63,729 bases of DNA, filler included, from Neoconidiobolus thromboides FSU 785 (GCA_025603075.1; 9 parts of 9 records of this genome joined end to end with filler, not necessarily neighbours in it), one strand, 5' to 3'; positions 37,926 to 50,606 are shown, counted from the whole stretch's first letter. Numbers and translations are program-made. Notes: a model not told the origin generated them from the sequence alone.

Positions 37926-38414
37926 AATTAAAATAGGCTTGCTCTTACTTAATGATCATATTATCTTTATGATTTTAAGCTGCTAAAAAATGAGCAAACT
38001 ACTAGAATTTTTTTATAAATTATTGGTAAATATAAGGATGACATTGAAATAGTATTACTACCATTAAAAGCACTCAGTTAATTAAGTTCAAAATCTTACA
38101 AAATTTTAATGAATTGTTTATTTTATTTTGTTTAACTACATTAATTTTATCTGAGAATTTTCAATAATGAAAAGTTAATATTGTTAGTGCTTATCTTTAG
38201 TAAAACTTGTAAAAATAAAACTTGTAAATAAAACTGGAAAGTCGAGTCTTATTTGTGATCTTTCCCTTATTTCTATTCTAGTTAGAATTAGGGGGTTAAC
38301 TATTTTGAAAACATACTAAATCAATATTTAAATTGCAATAAAATCTTTTTTACACCCCTTTTATTGCTTAAATTGTATCTTTTAAATAAACGCTTTGAGT
38401 ATCTATAACTAAAG

Positions 38415-40037
38415 ATGAATGAACTATTATTGATAAAACAAATTAGAGTTAGGCAAGCATGTGACCAATGTTATAAAAGAAAACGACGATGCGATTTATC
38501 AATACCCACTTGTAGTGAATGTATAGAAAAGGTACTAGTATGTACAAGGGAACGAAAAACCAAAAGAAAGCCAATTATGTGTGATAATGAAGCTTTTCAT
38601 TCACAAACATTTTTGTTATCTCAGTCAAACAAAACAAGAAAGGAGAAAAAACCAGATAGTATAATAATTCTACTTTATAAATATTTAAATAAATTCAAAA
38701 TATCTGCTGGTGGCAGTCGGTTTAATTCTAGTGTCTCGATTGCCTCTATCTTTCCCATTAAAATGTTTCATTCTCCTATTATATTTGATCAAGGTTTCTA
38801 TTCCTTTTATAAAGTTGCTCCAAATCAATTCCTTGATTTATTTTTCAGTAAAATGCCATTAGTTGAGCCAAAAGATAATATAGTTAAAAAGAATATCAGT
38901 ATTCATAATACTATGCAACAACTTGTAGCTATTTATTTTGAAAGGATCAATATATTATTGCCACTATTCACATATAATCAATTTATAAGTAAGAAGAGAG
39001 ATATGATATTAATCTATTCTATGTTGTTAGTCGCTATAACTCAAAACAATGATAGTGGAAATTTATCAGAATTGAAGGTGCTTTTAAAGGATAAAATGAC
39101 TCATTATTTCCAGCCAAGTCGATTAAAGGTTAACTTAAGCAGTATTCAATCAATGGTCATTTTATTGAATGGATTAAAAGGTAGCAGCTCAGCGCTACCA
39201 TCTTACTATTTTTCAAACTTACATAATCATTGTATGCTATTAGGCCTACATATGAATCATAAAAATAATACCGAACGAAAACTATGTTATTCAGCAGCTT
39301 TATATATTCTTTCTGTAGACGACCCTTATCCTAATTTGTTATTTGATACTCATGATTTATGGAAAAAAAGTAAGATAACACCAGAGTTTAATAAGAATGA
39401 ATCAATTGAAGTAACAATGGAGTCTATAACACTAACATATTCAAATTACTGCTATGATTGTGGATTATTTTATAGGCATTTTTTTGATATCATGTTACAC
39501 ATCGATACATTAAAGTTAAGTAATACAAAGGTATTGAAAATCAGTCATATATTGAAAAAGTTATTGGTTTCTATCACTGAAAAAGTAATGAGTAGATTAG
39601 AAGCTATTAAACAAGCCAATTCAAACAAAGTATTAAATGGCATCATCAATATACTTGTTGATCATATCAAAATAGTTAGTCATTCTGATTGGGTTGGCCT
39701 ATATAGTGTTAAGTGGTCTGCTTTAGGGAGAGATAAGGAAAGCTTATTTACTCAATATGCAGTAAATGAGAAACCAAAAGATTTTACTACCTGGGAAAGC
39801 ATTATTCAATCCTTTATTCTTCATAATTCTAGACTAGAATCGAAATATTATTCCTCTGTTCGATTTTTTGCTCTTTTGCTAATTATCAATAGTGTCTTTG
39901 CTTACTCGAGATGGATAACTAATGCCTCCAGTTTAATTGACCAGTTATTAAATCAATTTAATAGTTTATCTAAAAATGTTAACACGAAGCTAGTACCTGT
40001 TATAGAGCTTGTAGTACAAACCATTAATAAGAAATAA
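38415..40037 (+). CDS. Zn2Cys6 binuclear-cluster transcription factor with middle homology region (array member 1, 540 aa)
   Basis: ACDQCYKRKRRCDLSIPTCSECIEKVLVC (CX2CX6CX6CX2CX6C) and YFERINILLPLF...IQSMVILLNG. Intronless. Confidence 0.93.
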   Translation: MNELLLIKQIRVRQACDQCYKRKRRCDLSIPTCSECIEKVLVCTRERKTKRKPIMCDNEAFHSQTFLLSQSNKTRKEKKPDSIIILLYKYLNKFKISAGGSRFNSSVSIASIFPIKMFHSPIIFDQGFYSFYKVAPNQFLDLFFSKMPLVEPKDNIVKKNISIHNTMQQLVAIYFERINILLPLFTYNQFISKKRDMILIYSMLLVAITQNNDSGNLSELKVLLKDKMTHYFQPSRLKVNLSSIQSMVILLNGLKGSSSALPSYYFSNLHNHCMLLGLHMNHKNNTERKLCYSAALYILSVDDPYPNLLFDTHDLWKKSKITPEFNKNESIEVTMESITLTYSNYCYDCGLFYRHFFDIMLHIDTLKLSNTKVLKISHILKKLLVSITEKVMSRLEAIKQANSNKVLNGIINILVDHIKIVSHSDWVGLYSVKWSALGRDKESLFTQYAVNEKPKDFTTWESIIQSFILHNSRLESKYYSSVRFFALLLIINSVFAYSRWITNASSLIDQLLNQFNSLSKNVNTKLVPVIELVVQTINKK

Positions 40038-40793
40038 ATTTACATAAAAGCATGCTTTTAGTAAAAATTTAATCAACTCTCTTTGGTGTTTATGCTGCTC
40101 AACAAGCCAAAAAAACAAACAAAAGCGATGTTCTTAAAAATGAAATTAGTTTGGTACTGAAATTATTGGTACAGTAATAGAGTGTTCAATATTATTAAGT
40201 TTAGAAAGTTGACTATAATCGAAACTGCACTTTTATATCTTATTAGCCAAAGCTTACTAGTTTTTACTATCGAATTCAAAATAGAGCAAAAAGGAGGTAT
40301 CAAACTAGCTAAAATTTGTTAGAATAAAAAATGTTTTTTGAAGTATGAGTATAAAGTAAAAGTATAAAGCTTCAATGTTAATTATATATATTTGAAGTGA
40401 GAGAATATTAACAGTTGTTAAATACGAAAAGTTTTTGGTTTATTAGTATAATCTTAAAAGCAAGAAAAGGAATACATACATTTTAAGTAATAATTGCTAT
40501 ATTTAAGAATTCAAAGGTTTAATTTCAAGGACTCAATAGGTATGACTTATTAAAACAATTGGTTACAAAATTAATCATGCTTACTTAATTTCGAATTTAC
40601 AAAAATTCAAGTTTAAAAAACCGAATGCAATTTAAGATTTTGCCCATCTCGATTAAACTAATTTAAGTTAGGGATACATATCACTATATAGCTACACTAA
40701 ACATACATTAAGAGTTCGATATATTTTTCCTTTTTGGAAGTTGTAAAATAAAGTACAAATTCAAATTTGCCTTTTGACTATCTATAATTAAAA

Positions 40794-42424
40794 ATGAGTC
40801 AGCTGTTATCAATAAATCAAACTAGAATTTGATCTACATGTAAGGAATGTTATAAACTGAAAAGAGGATCCAGCTTGGTGATTCCTATTTTTAGTAGGTG
40901 TAAGATAAAAAGAACAATATATATGAGGAGTAAAGAAAAAAATAAAAAAACCAATAATGAACAACAATGAAGCTTTTCATTCATAAGCACTTTTATTAAC
41001 CAAGTCGAACAAAATCAAAAAGGAAATAAAACTTAAAGATCTCATAGTTGTAAACAATAAATAATTTAAACAACTCAAAATATCTGGTGGTGGCAGTCGG
41101 TTTAACTCTAATGCCTCAATAGCATCCGTTTTCCCTATCAGAATGTTTGATTCCCCTTTAGTATTTGGTCTAAACTCTAATTTCTTTTATAGCATTGCTT
41201 CAAATAACTTCCTTATAAACTTTTTTTTAGTAACATGCCATCAGTAGAGTCCACATGTGTTATTTTAAAAGGAAAGGCCAAAAGACACTTTAATGTTCTA
41301 TAGCTTATATACATTTATTTTAAAAGCATAAATATATTATTGCCGTTGTTTACCTTCAATCAGTTTACAAGTAATAAAAGAGATTTGACACTGATTGATC
41401 CGATAATGTTGGTTGCTTGACCCGTATTGGTATAGATAATAATTTGTTAAAGTCAAGGCTGAACTTAGAAAATATTTTTCTAGAATATTTTAAACCAAGC
41501 CGACTAAAGGTCAGTTTAAGTAATATTTAATCAGCGGTCACTTCATTAAATAGATTAATAAGAAGTCACTCAGTACTGCCATTCTATCATTTTTTTAACC
41601 TGCACAACTATTGTATATTACTATGCTTGAACTTAGCTATAAAAATGAAATGAAAAGAAAGTTGCGTTACTTGGCAGTAGTATATTTATTGCCATTTGAT
41701 AATTCATATTCTAACCTACTATTCGACACCAATAGTATATAGAAAAAATACAAGGTAATTACAGATATAAATAAAGATGAAGCAGATGAAGCAGATGAAG
41801 CAAGAATGCAATTCATACTATCAACGCATCCAATTTTTTGCTATAATTGCAGTATACATTAAAAACATTATACCAATGCCTTAGTACACATTGATGCCTT
41901 AAATCCAAGCAATACAAAGGTAGTAAAAATCATCTTTTTATTAAAAACTTTATTATATTCTAATATTAAAAAGGTAATGAGTAAGTTAAAAGTTGCTCAA
42001 CAAGCTGCTTCACCCAAACTATCAGGAGATATGGTCAGCATGCCTATTGGTCATATCAGAATAATAAACTACTTGGATAAGGTCGAATTATATAATGTTA
42101 AGTGGTCAAAATTAGGTAAAAAAAGGAAAATTTATACCATAAGTGTTTTTTGAACGTGAGGCTGAATGATCTAGGTATTTAGGAATCCAATATTAAAATT
42201 TTTACCTACTATAAATCTAAACTAGATCGAAAATATTATTCTACTCTTAGGGATTCCGCTTTTTTACTCATTATAAATAGTATTTCTGCTTATACGAGTT
42301 GGGTGAATGATGTTTCCAGTTTGTTTGATCAAATATGTAAGTAACTCAATAAATTGGCTAAAGATATTAGCACGAGGCTATTATCTGTTATTAAGCTTGC
42401 AGTATAAAGTATGAATCATAAATA
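40794..42424 (+). pseudogene. Zn2Cys6 array member 2, full-length pseudogene
   Basis: ATG 40794 MSQLLSINQTRI*STCKECYKLKRGS..., with several Cys lost, many stops and frameshifts. Homologous through to the C-terminus. Confidence 0.88.
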
Positions 42425-42867
42425 AAACTATCACGAACACGTTTTTTGTTTCGGTTTGACTGTATCTTTAGAGTTTATATTATTCAATAAATGATCAGGT
42501 TATCGATACAGCCAAGGATTTCTAAACCACTAGTGCTTAAATAACTATATTAATAAAGAAATGAGAGTGTTCTTCTATCATTTTTCTCTATTTTTTAGAG
42601 TTAAAATTGTATAAAAATTATTGTTAAATGACTGAAAAGATATTTCCATTATAAAGCTAGAAAACTTAAACTAACAAAAAACTTCATAACACCTATAGAT
42701 TATTTTATTTTATGAAAAGTGTTTTGTAACTTCCATTTAATAATTACTATTAAATTTTGGTACTCACTTTATAGATATCATTAAGGACTTTTTTAAAGAA
42801 GTTATATACATGAAAAAATAATTATTGTATTAAAAGACTAACAAAATGTATTCATTTATCGATTATT

Positions 42868-43759
42868 TTAGTTATATTTATGCTTGCATTTTTCATTGAA
42901 CTTGGTAACTCCAGAATCAGTAATTTGAGCAAGCTCGTATGGACGTTGGTCTAGATAATTTTTTTAAATTTAAGCCGGAAATCAAGGATGACATTATTAC
43001 CTGCATTTGCCTTTTCGTCTTCAATTTGATGCACAATATCCATTCCTTTGACTACACGTCCAAATGCTAAATATAAAATGTATTATTCTATACCATTACT
43101 AAATTATTTGTTTTAATTACCAACATATTTCCCATCCAAACGGTGAACATCAACAGTGGTAATAAAGAACTGAACAATCAATAAACTTATTATATTGTCT
43201 ATCAAATATTTACCTGAGAACCATTGGTATCTGGGCCATCATTGGCCATGCTTAAAGTACCATAGTCATGTTTGATGATAAAATTTTCATCTTTAAAGTC
43301 ATGGCCATAGATAGAATGTCCACCATTGCCATCACCAGTAGTAAAGTCACCACCTTGAATCACAAAGTTCTATTCAATTTAAACTTTAATGTTTGTAAAA
43401 TACTGGTAACAATAATCCTACCTTGACTACTCTGTGAAAGTAGCTCCCCTTAAAACCATAACCTAACTAGATTTTAATTAGTATATTATTCATTATAGTA
43501 TTATAATATTTACTTCACCAGTAGATAATATACGAAAGTTTTCAGCTATAATAAAATTAATATAGAAATTTGTTTATACTAAAAGCGAGTTACTTGTTAT
43601 TGGTACGATATTGCCATAGAGACCAAATATAATTCTACCAAGATCTTTATTCCTTAATTTGATATCGAAATAAACATAGCTGGTAAAGTTCATATTTGTT
43701 TGAGCTAAACATAAGCTGGAAAATAATAATGTAGTGGCAGTGAATAAATTGAATTTCAT
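42868..43759 (-). CDS. Secreted/ER cyclophilin (peptidyl-prolyl isomerase B-like), multi-exon
   Basis: Signal peptide, [69 protein letters not shown] and [11 protein letters not shown]. Confidence 0.92.
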
Positions 43760-44463
43760 TATTTTAATATTAATTAAAAATAAAAGATAAGAAAGTATAA
43801 AAACCTAATTTGTGTTTTTTTCCAAAGCTTCCTTTAATTTTTTGAGATAATTTTAGTAAGCTTAATAACCTTGTTTTAAGAATATGTTATTATTGGGTTT
43901 ATTAAGTGATTAGATTATTCAGTAAATTAAAATTAGTGTAACTACGAAAAACAGGCAGTAATTTACTATTTGATTGGTGTAGTATACTTTTTGTACCATC
44001 ACAAAAATTATATAAAAGTTGGTATAGGAAAAATAAATATATTCAATTGGTCAAAGATCATAGTACAAAAATTTTACTACAGTAATTAGATAGCAGAATA
44101 GTGCTTGTTTTTTCGTATTTTGTTATATTATTTCTTTTACCTCATGCTCAAGATTAAAGTTATTTTTATATTTTGTAAGTTGCAGATTCTAGTCAGTTAG
44201 GATGAACCCGTGCTTACATTTCAAGAAAACTTTTGAATGATATAAATCCAAGCAAGATTGGAGTATTATTTATAGATCATGAGCACTTTTTATGGCGCTT
44301 TTTAAGGAGCTATGATACAATAAGAGTAAAATAAAAATATAATTTTACATAAAATTCTAGCTAATACAAAGAAAATTTACATGTTAGTTTTATTTTAAAT
44401 ACCATAAATATTAAAAGCTATTAATATTTAAACTACCTATAATAATTAATTAAAACTTATATA

Positions 44464-44570
44464 ATATGGGGATGTATTTTTGTATTTAAGAATTTTACTA
44501 ACAATTTTTCTGTTCAAATAGCGCTTAAAAAGTGGAAAAGTAATGAAACCAAAAAAAACACTCCCATATA
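44464..44570 (+). mobile_element. MITE family A
   Basis: ATATGGGGATGTATTTTTGTATTTAAGAATTTTACTAACAATTTTTC...AAAAAAACACTCCCATATA. Confidence 0.9.
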
Positions 44571-44671
44571 ATACTTTTAAATAAGGCCTCAAATAATATA
44601 GAACAAAATTAAGCTTTTTTATATTTATTACACAATGATATACATAATTTTAAAAAACATTTAGCTTATTT

Positions 44672-44776
44672 ATATAGAGATGTTTTTTGGCTTCATTACT
44701 TTTTCTATCTTTTAAGCGCTACTTGAATAGAAAAACTGTTAGTAAAATTCTTGAACAAAAAGATACATCTTCATAT
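44672..44776 (-). mobile_element. MITE family A
   Basis: ATATAGAGATGTTTTTTGGCTTCATTACT...GATACATCTTCATAT. Confidence 0.88.
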
Positions 44777-44970
44777 GGTAAATTACAAATTTAAAGTAAT
44801 TATTTTTAATGCTCGTTGTTAATAAGATTTATAAATTTAAAATTGGGAGTAGTACTAATTTAAAACCTTACTCAAACACGAATATCAATAAATGAAAATG
44901 AATACTACTAGGTACTGAAATATTTATGTTTAAGTTCATTTTTGAATTCCAGGTACTATTTATACATACA

Positions 44971-45074
44971 ATATGCGGATGTATTTTCGTGTTTAAGAAT
45001 TTTACTAACTAATTTTCCGCTTAAATAGCGCTTAAAAAATGGAAAAAATAATGAAGTTAAAAACAATCCCATAT
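44971..45074 (+). mobile_element. MITE family A
   Basis: ATATGCGGATGTATTTTCGTGTTTAAGAATTTTACTAAC...CAATCCCATATA. Confidence 0.88.
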
Positions 45075-45334
45075 AATAAATTTTTGATAACTGCTTTTAT
45101 TGAGGCTTTTTTTTACTAATGCTTTGACTTTTTTGATTGGTTTTTCCTTTCTTCCCATAATATTTACTACCTTATTTGCCTCTATATAGGTCAAATGAAC
45201 TATTTTTTAAGTTAAAAAAGCAAATTGAATAAATATACTTTAATTTAGTCTATATCGAAACTTTAATAAGGTTTTTTATAACTTTACCACGCAAAGTTTC
45301 TAAATTAAGTTTATTTGAAGATTCATGATTGAAG

Positions 45335-46957
45335 ATGAATGAAGCGTTATCAATAAATCAAACTAGAATTAGATCAGCGTGTGATGAATGCTATAGAGTA
45401 AAAAGAGGATGCGATTTGTCAATACCCACTTGTAGTAGATGCAAAGGGAAAGGAAAGATATGTACAAGGGAACGACAAAATAACCGAAGGCCAAAAATGA
45501 ATAACAATGATGATTTTCATTCAAAAATGTTTCTATTGTCTCAACCAAGCAAAGCGAAAAAGGAAATAAAAGTTAGAAATACCATAGTTATAAACAACAG
45601 ATATTTCAATCAGTTTAAAATTCCATCAGGCGGTGATCGCTTTGATTCCAGTGTTTCGGTTGCCTCTATTTTCCCCATTAAAATGTATCATTCCACCTTA
45701 ATTTTCAATCAAAGTACTTATTTTCTTTATAAAATTGCGCCAAATCAGTTTCTTATTAAATTCTTTAGTAAAATGCCACCAGTGGAGTCGGGAAATAAGA
45801 TTATGAAAAGAAACATCAACGTACATTATAGTGTACCACAACTTATATATGCTTATTTCGAAAGGATTAATATCATGTTGCCCCTATTTACTTGTAGTAT
45901 ATTTTTTAGTAAGAAAAGAGATATCAGGCTAATCTATTCCATAATGTTAGTGACTTTAACTCAAACTAGTTGTGGTGAAAACTTAACGTACCTAAAAGCG
46001 TTCCTGAAGCATAAATTGTTAAAGCATTTCCATCCGAGTCGATTAAAAATAAAATTAAGTAGTATACAATCAATGGTGATACTATTAAATGGATTAAAAG
46101 GAAGTAGCTTGGCATTACCATCTTATTATTTCTCGAACTTACATAACTATTGTATATTGTTGGGTCTACATTTGAATCATAAAAACAGTATTGAAAGGAA
46201 ATTATGCTATTCAGCAGTATTGTACTTACTTTCTTTTGATGACCCTTACTCTAATTTTTCATTTGACACTCATGATTTATGGAAACAAGATAATGCTGTG
46301 CTGGCGTTAAAAAAGAACGAGTCAATTGAATCTATAATGAAGAGTATTTTTTTAGTGTATTCTAGTTATTGCTATAAATGTGGTTTACTTTATAAGAATT
46401 TTTTTGATACCACGATGCACATTAATATACTAAATATCACTAATGCAAAGGCGCTAAAAATTGGTACTTTGTTAATAGCTTTATTGAATCATGCCACTGA
46501 AATGGCAACAGCTAAATACTCAATAATTAAGAGAACTATTTCGAACAAAATATTATACGAAACTATTGATATTATCACGAGCCATATTAAAATCATTCAT
46601 CATTCCACTTGGATACTTTTACATAACATTCTGTGTTTAGCATCCAATAGTAATAAAGAGAATTTATTCTCCAGATATATACTAAGAAACAAACCAAAAG
46701 ATATGGATCTTTTAGAAGAGAACATACAATCTTTTATCGTTTATAGCTTCAATTTAAAATCCAAATATTATTCTTCGATTCGACTTTTTACCTTTTTGTT
46801 AGTTATCAATAGTATTTCCTCTTATTCAAAATGGATTACCAATGCTTCCACCTTACTTGATCAGGTATTGAGTCAATTTGACAACTTAACCAAAGATAAT
46901 AATATGGGTTTAGTATCTGCTATTAACCGTATAATACAAGTTGCCATTAAAAAATAG
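45335..46957 (+). CDS. Zn2Cys6 transcription factor (array member 3, 540 aa from ATG 45335)
   Basis: ACDECYRVKRGCDLSIPTCSRCKGKGKIC; same register as members 1, 4 and 5. Confidence 0.93.
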   Translation: MNEALSINQTRIRSACDECYRVKRGCDLSIPTCSRCKGKGKICTRERQNNRRPKMNNNDDFHSKMFLLSQPSKAKKEIKVRNTIVINNRYFNQFKIPSGGDRFDSSVSVASIFPIKMYHSTLIFNQSTYFLYKIAPNQFLIKFFSKMPPVESGNKIMKRNINVHYSVPQLIYAYFERINIMLPLFTCSIFFSKKRDIRLIYSIMLVTLTQTSCGENLTYLKAFLKHKLLKHFHPSRLKIKLSSIQSMVILLNGLKGSSLALPSYYFSNLHNYCILLGLHLNHKNSIERKLCYSAVLYLLSFDDPYSNFSFDTHDLWKQDNAVLALKKNESIESIMKSIFLVYSSYCYKCGLLYKNFFDTTMHINILNITNAKALKIGTLLIALLNHATEMATAKYSIIKRTISNKILYETIDIITSHIKIIHHSTWILLHNILCLASNSNKENLFSRYILRNKPKDMDLLEENIQSFIVYSFNLKSKYYSSIRLFTFLLVINSISSYSKWITNASTLLDQVLSQFDNLTKDNNMGLVSAINRIIQVAIKK

Positions 46958-47079
46958 AACTGATTTTGACTTGGTTTTAAATCCTTCAAAGCTCAAAAAT
47001 CCAAGTGTTTATTTGAATAAAATAGAATTATAGAGAAATGAGCTTATTTTTTAGTTTTATTAAAATGGGTTAGCTCCAA

Positions 47080-47530
47080 GTGTTTTATTTGCAACAATAA
47101 TTTCTAAATACACAAGTAGCTAGCTTACCGAATACAAACCTATCAATAGATAATTTCTGGAAGGGTGGTTGTTGTGTTCAGAATTTTCCTACTCTTACTA
47201 GAGCCAAAGAAGCGCAATATCGTTGATCAAATCTCAGTCTTCTAGAGAGCCGTGTATTGACTAGTACTGTCAATATAATTCAAGAGGTAGATGTAATTGG
47301 GTTTAGGGTAAAACTGTAAAAAAAGTTCATACGGATTGATTATAAGTTCATTGAGGGGATCAAAGTTCTACTGAGCTAGATAGAGATGATAAGTAAGTTG
47401 AGAGTCCATGAGAATGAAAGAGTAACGTTGGCTAGTATGAGACCCAGGTCAGGATGTTTGACAATAAAGGGTCAAAAAAAGAGCTACTGAGCAAGACAAG
47501 AAGCGATGAACAGAGTTACACTCCTTTGTT
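47080..47530 (-). pseudogene. Possible decayed 3' end of a non-LTR retrotransposon ORF2
   Basis: GC-richer block. One minus frame reads ECNSVHRFLSCSVA...AL*KTEI, weakly like the H.F..C..A / W..R tail of LINE ORF2. Many stops. Confidence 0.2.
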
Positions 47531-48983
47531 TTTAAATTTAATGAATTTTTGAATTTTATACTACTTATAAAATGGTTAAAAGTTGAAACAACAAAAGAAT
47601 ATTTCAAAAGTTCCTTATATAGTTAAAAAGTGTTTAAAACTATTTTATTGATATAGTAAGCTTAAAAATTTGTATAAAGTCACCAGTATATTTTCAATTT
47701 AATTTAAACTTAAAAGATTATAAACGATTTTAAAGCTCAAAAAACAAGTATTTTTTCCTATTGATAGTTTTCTATTTACCATAATAGAAATAAATATAAG
47801 AAAGAACCAGAACCTTGACTTGAACAAATACATACCGTATTAATACAGTTGCGAACAATAGACTTTATTAAATCATCAAATTAAAAATTTATTTTATTTT
47901 GATTTTTCCAAAGTGATTTATTAGTCTTAGTTTTTAAATTAAATTAAATTATTTTTATATTTTAATAACCATTATATAGAAAATATTGTATACTAAAAAA
48001 AGTTAGATAGTTTTGTAAGTTTTTAATTATTATATAGTAAGGCAACAGTGAAATTAAATTAATTTAATATAGAAAATCTGCTTTTATTTAACTTATTAAA
48101 CTAAAACGTGGAATATATACATATAAAAAGAAATAAAATTTTATTTGAAATTGAAAGCTATTAAATGGCAGTTTATCATTAAAATTAGTTATTGAAAAAG
48201 TGTACAATCAAATTGAGATATTAAAGCTATAAATTTTTGTATATTAAATGTTATTTATCGTCTTCATTCTGAAAAAACCTTTTGGGATACTTTTTATATG
48301 TAGCAGTGCTATGACAGAAGCAAACAATTAAATCTAAAAATAACCAAAATATTGAAAGCGTTCTTAAGAACTAAAAAGTGTATAAAAAGTATTATTTAAT
48401 ATGATTTACAGAAAAAATTATATTATTAACTATTTCATCATTATTTGCACTACTATGACAGAGGTAAAAGTCCAATATATTATTAATTAGAGATATCTAA
48501 TTTATATTGTTGTTCTAAGAAAATTGGTTATTATCACTATTAAAATAGTCTGTAAATTCCAAATATTAATAAATCTTCTATTAGGTTGTTCATTATATTT
48601 CAGATACCTTCATTCAAATTTATTGCTGGTTTTTTTATCTGAATTTAAGGATTACATGGAATCATATACTTTTAAATTCAATTAAAATCAACGTATTTAA
48701 ACGGGTAGTGTACTGAAACATAATGACCTAATATCAGTTCTTGAATCAATTTTGGCTTATTATGGCATTTTTAACTTTTTTTAGTTGATTTTCTCCCTTC
48801 CCATAATTTTCGCAGTATCCGTTTTGCCTCTTATTTAGTCTATCTGTAAGTTGAAAAACAAGTCAAAATTTTAGTATGCAAGCCACTCAAATTTATTTTA
48901 AAACCCAAACTTCATTATCATATCAATTGTTTTTTGTAAAAATAGTGGACTGGATCTATATTTTTTGGGTTTTATAATCAAAA

Positions 48984-50606
48984 ATGAGTGAACCACTATC
49001 AATAGTTCAAGTAAGGATTAGACCAGCATGTGATGAATGTTATAGAGTGAAAAGAAGATGTGATTCAACTATTCCTATTTGTAGTAGGTGTAAATTGAGA
49101 GGAAAAAAGTGTACAAGAAATAGAAAGAGTAGTCGAAAACCAAGGATGCACAACAATGAAGATTTTCATTCACAAACATTTTTATTATCTCAAACAAATA
49201 AAGTAAAAAGGAAAATAAAATTTAAAAGCATAATCATTTTAAACCATAGATATTTTAACCAGTACAAAATTTCTGTGGGCGGTAGCAGGTTTGACTCTAA
49301 TACTTCAATGGCATCTGTTTTTCCTATCAAAATGTTTCATTCCCCTTTAATATTTGATCAAACTTCTTATTTCTTTTATAACGCTGCACCAAATCAATTC
49401 CTTATTAGCTTCTTCAGTAAAATGCCATCAGTACCGTCAAAATCTAATACGTTAGAAGGAAAAGTCAACATACATCATAGATTGCCACAGCTTATATCTA
49501 CCTATTTTGAAAAGGTTAATGTATTATTACCGCTATTTACTTACAATCAATTTATGAGTAAGAAAAGAGACGTGATATTGATTTGTTCTATAATGCTAGT
49601 TGCATTAACACATATCGATGATAGCGATGAGTTATCGTATACAAAAACATTTTTGAAAGATAAATTGTTAAAACATTTCCAACCAAGTCGATTGAAGATC
49701 AATTTAAGTAATATTCAATCGATGGTTATTTTGTTAAATGGACTAAAAGGGAGTAGTTCGGCTTTGCCATCTTACTATTTTTCCAATTTAAACAATTACT
49801 GTGTGCAATTAGGCTTACATTTGAATTGTAAAAACGATATTGAAAGGAAACTATGCTATTCAGCAGCAGTATTTTTACTTTCTATAGATGATTCATACTC
49901 GAACTTATCATTTGATACCCACAGCTTATGGAAAAATGACAACATATCGCTCAAATTAAGTAGTACTATATCAACTGAAGTGATAATGCAATCAATAATG
50001 CTAACCTATTCCAACTATTGTTATAGATGCGGTTTGGTATTTAAGAACTTTTTTGATGCTACGATGCATATTAATGTACTAAATATAACCAATGCAAAAA
50101 CAATAAAAATTAGCTATTTATTAGAAAATTTAATGAACACTACCACAGAAACGGCGATAAGTAGATTAGGGATGATCAAAAAAGCTGCATTATGTAAATC
50201 ATTGTCTGACACCATTAACGTCATTATTGGTCATATAAAGATTATTCATCATTCTAGTTGGTCACTTATATACAATATTAGATGTTTAGCATCATTTAAC
50301 AACAGGGATTTTTTGTTCTCTAGATATATAATAAAAGAGAAACCAAAAGATGCCCATCTTTTAGAAGATAATATTCAGTCATTTATGTATCACAGTTCGA
50401 ATTTGAAATCTAAATATTATTCGTCAATGCCATTCTTTGCCTTTTTAATAATAATTGATATTATCTCTGCTTACTCGAATTGGATAACTAATGGTCCTGC
50501 TTTGCTTGATCAAATATTAGATCAATTTGATTTACTATCTAAAAACAATAATATGAGATTGGTATCTGCTATTAACCTTATAGTACAAATTGCTGTTAAA
50601 AAATAA
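48984..50606 (+). CDS. Zn2Cys6 transcription factor (array member 4, 540 aa)
   Basis: ACDECYRVKRRCDSTIPICSRCKLRGKKC; same register as the other intact members. Confidence 0.93.
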   Translation: MSEPLSIVQVRIRPACDECYRVKRRCDSTIPICSRCKLRGKKCTRNRKSSRKPRMHNNEDFHSQTFLLSQTNKVKRKIKFKSIIILNHRYFNQYKISVGGSRFDSNTSMASVFPIKMFHSPLIFDQTSYFFYNAAPNQFLISFFSKMPSVPSKSNTLEGKVNIHHRLPQLISTYFEKVNVLLPLFTYNQFMSKKRDVILICSIMLVALTHIDDSDELSYTKTFLKDKLLKHFQPSRLKINLSNIQSMVILLNGLKGSSSALPSYYFSNLNNYCVQLGLHLNCKNDIERKLCYSAAVFLLSIDDSYSNLSFDTHSLWKNDNISLKLSSTISTEVIMQSIMLTYSNYCYRCGLVFKNFFDATMHINVLNITNAKTIKISYLLENLMNTTTETAISRLGMIKKAALCKSLSDTINVIIGHIKIIHHSSWSLIYNIRCLASFNNRDFLFSRYIIKEKPKDAHLLEDNIQSFMYHSSNLKSKYYSSMPFFAFLIIIDIISAYSNWITNGPALLDQILDQFDLLSKNNNMRLVSAINLIVQIAVKK

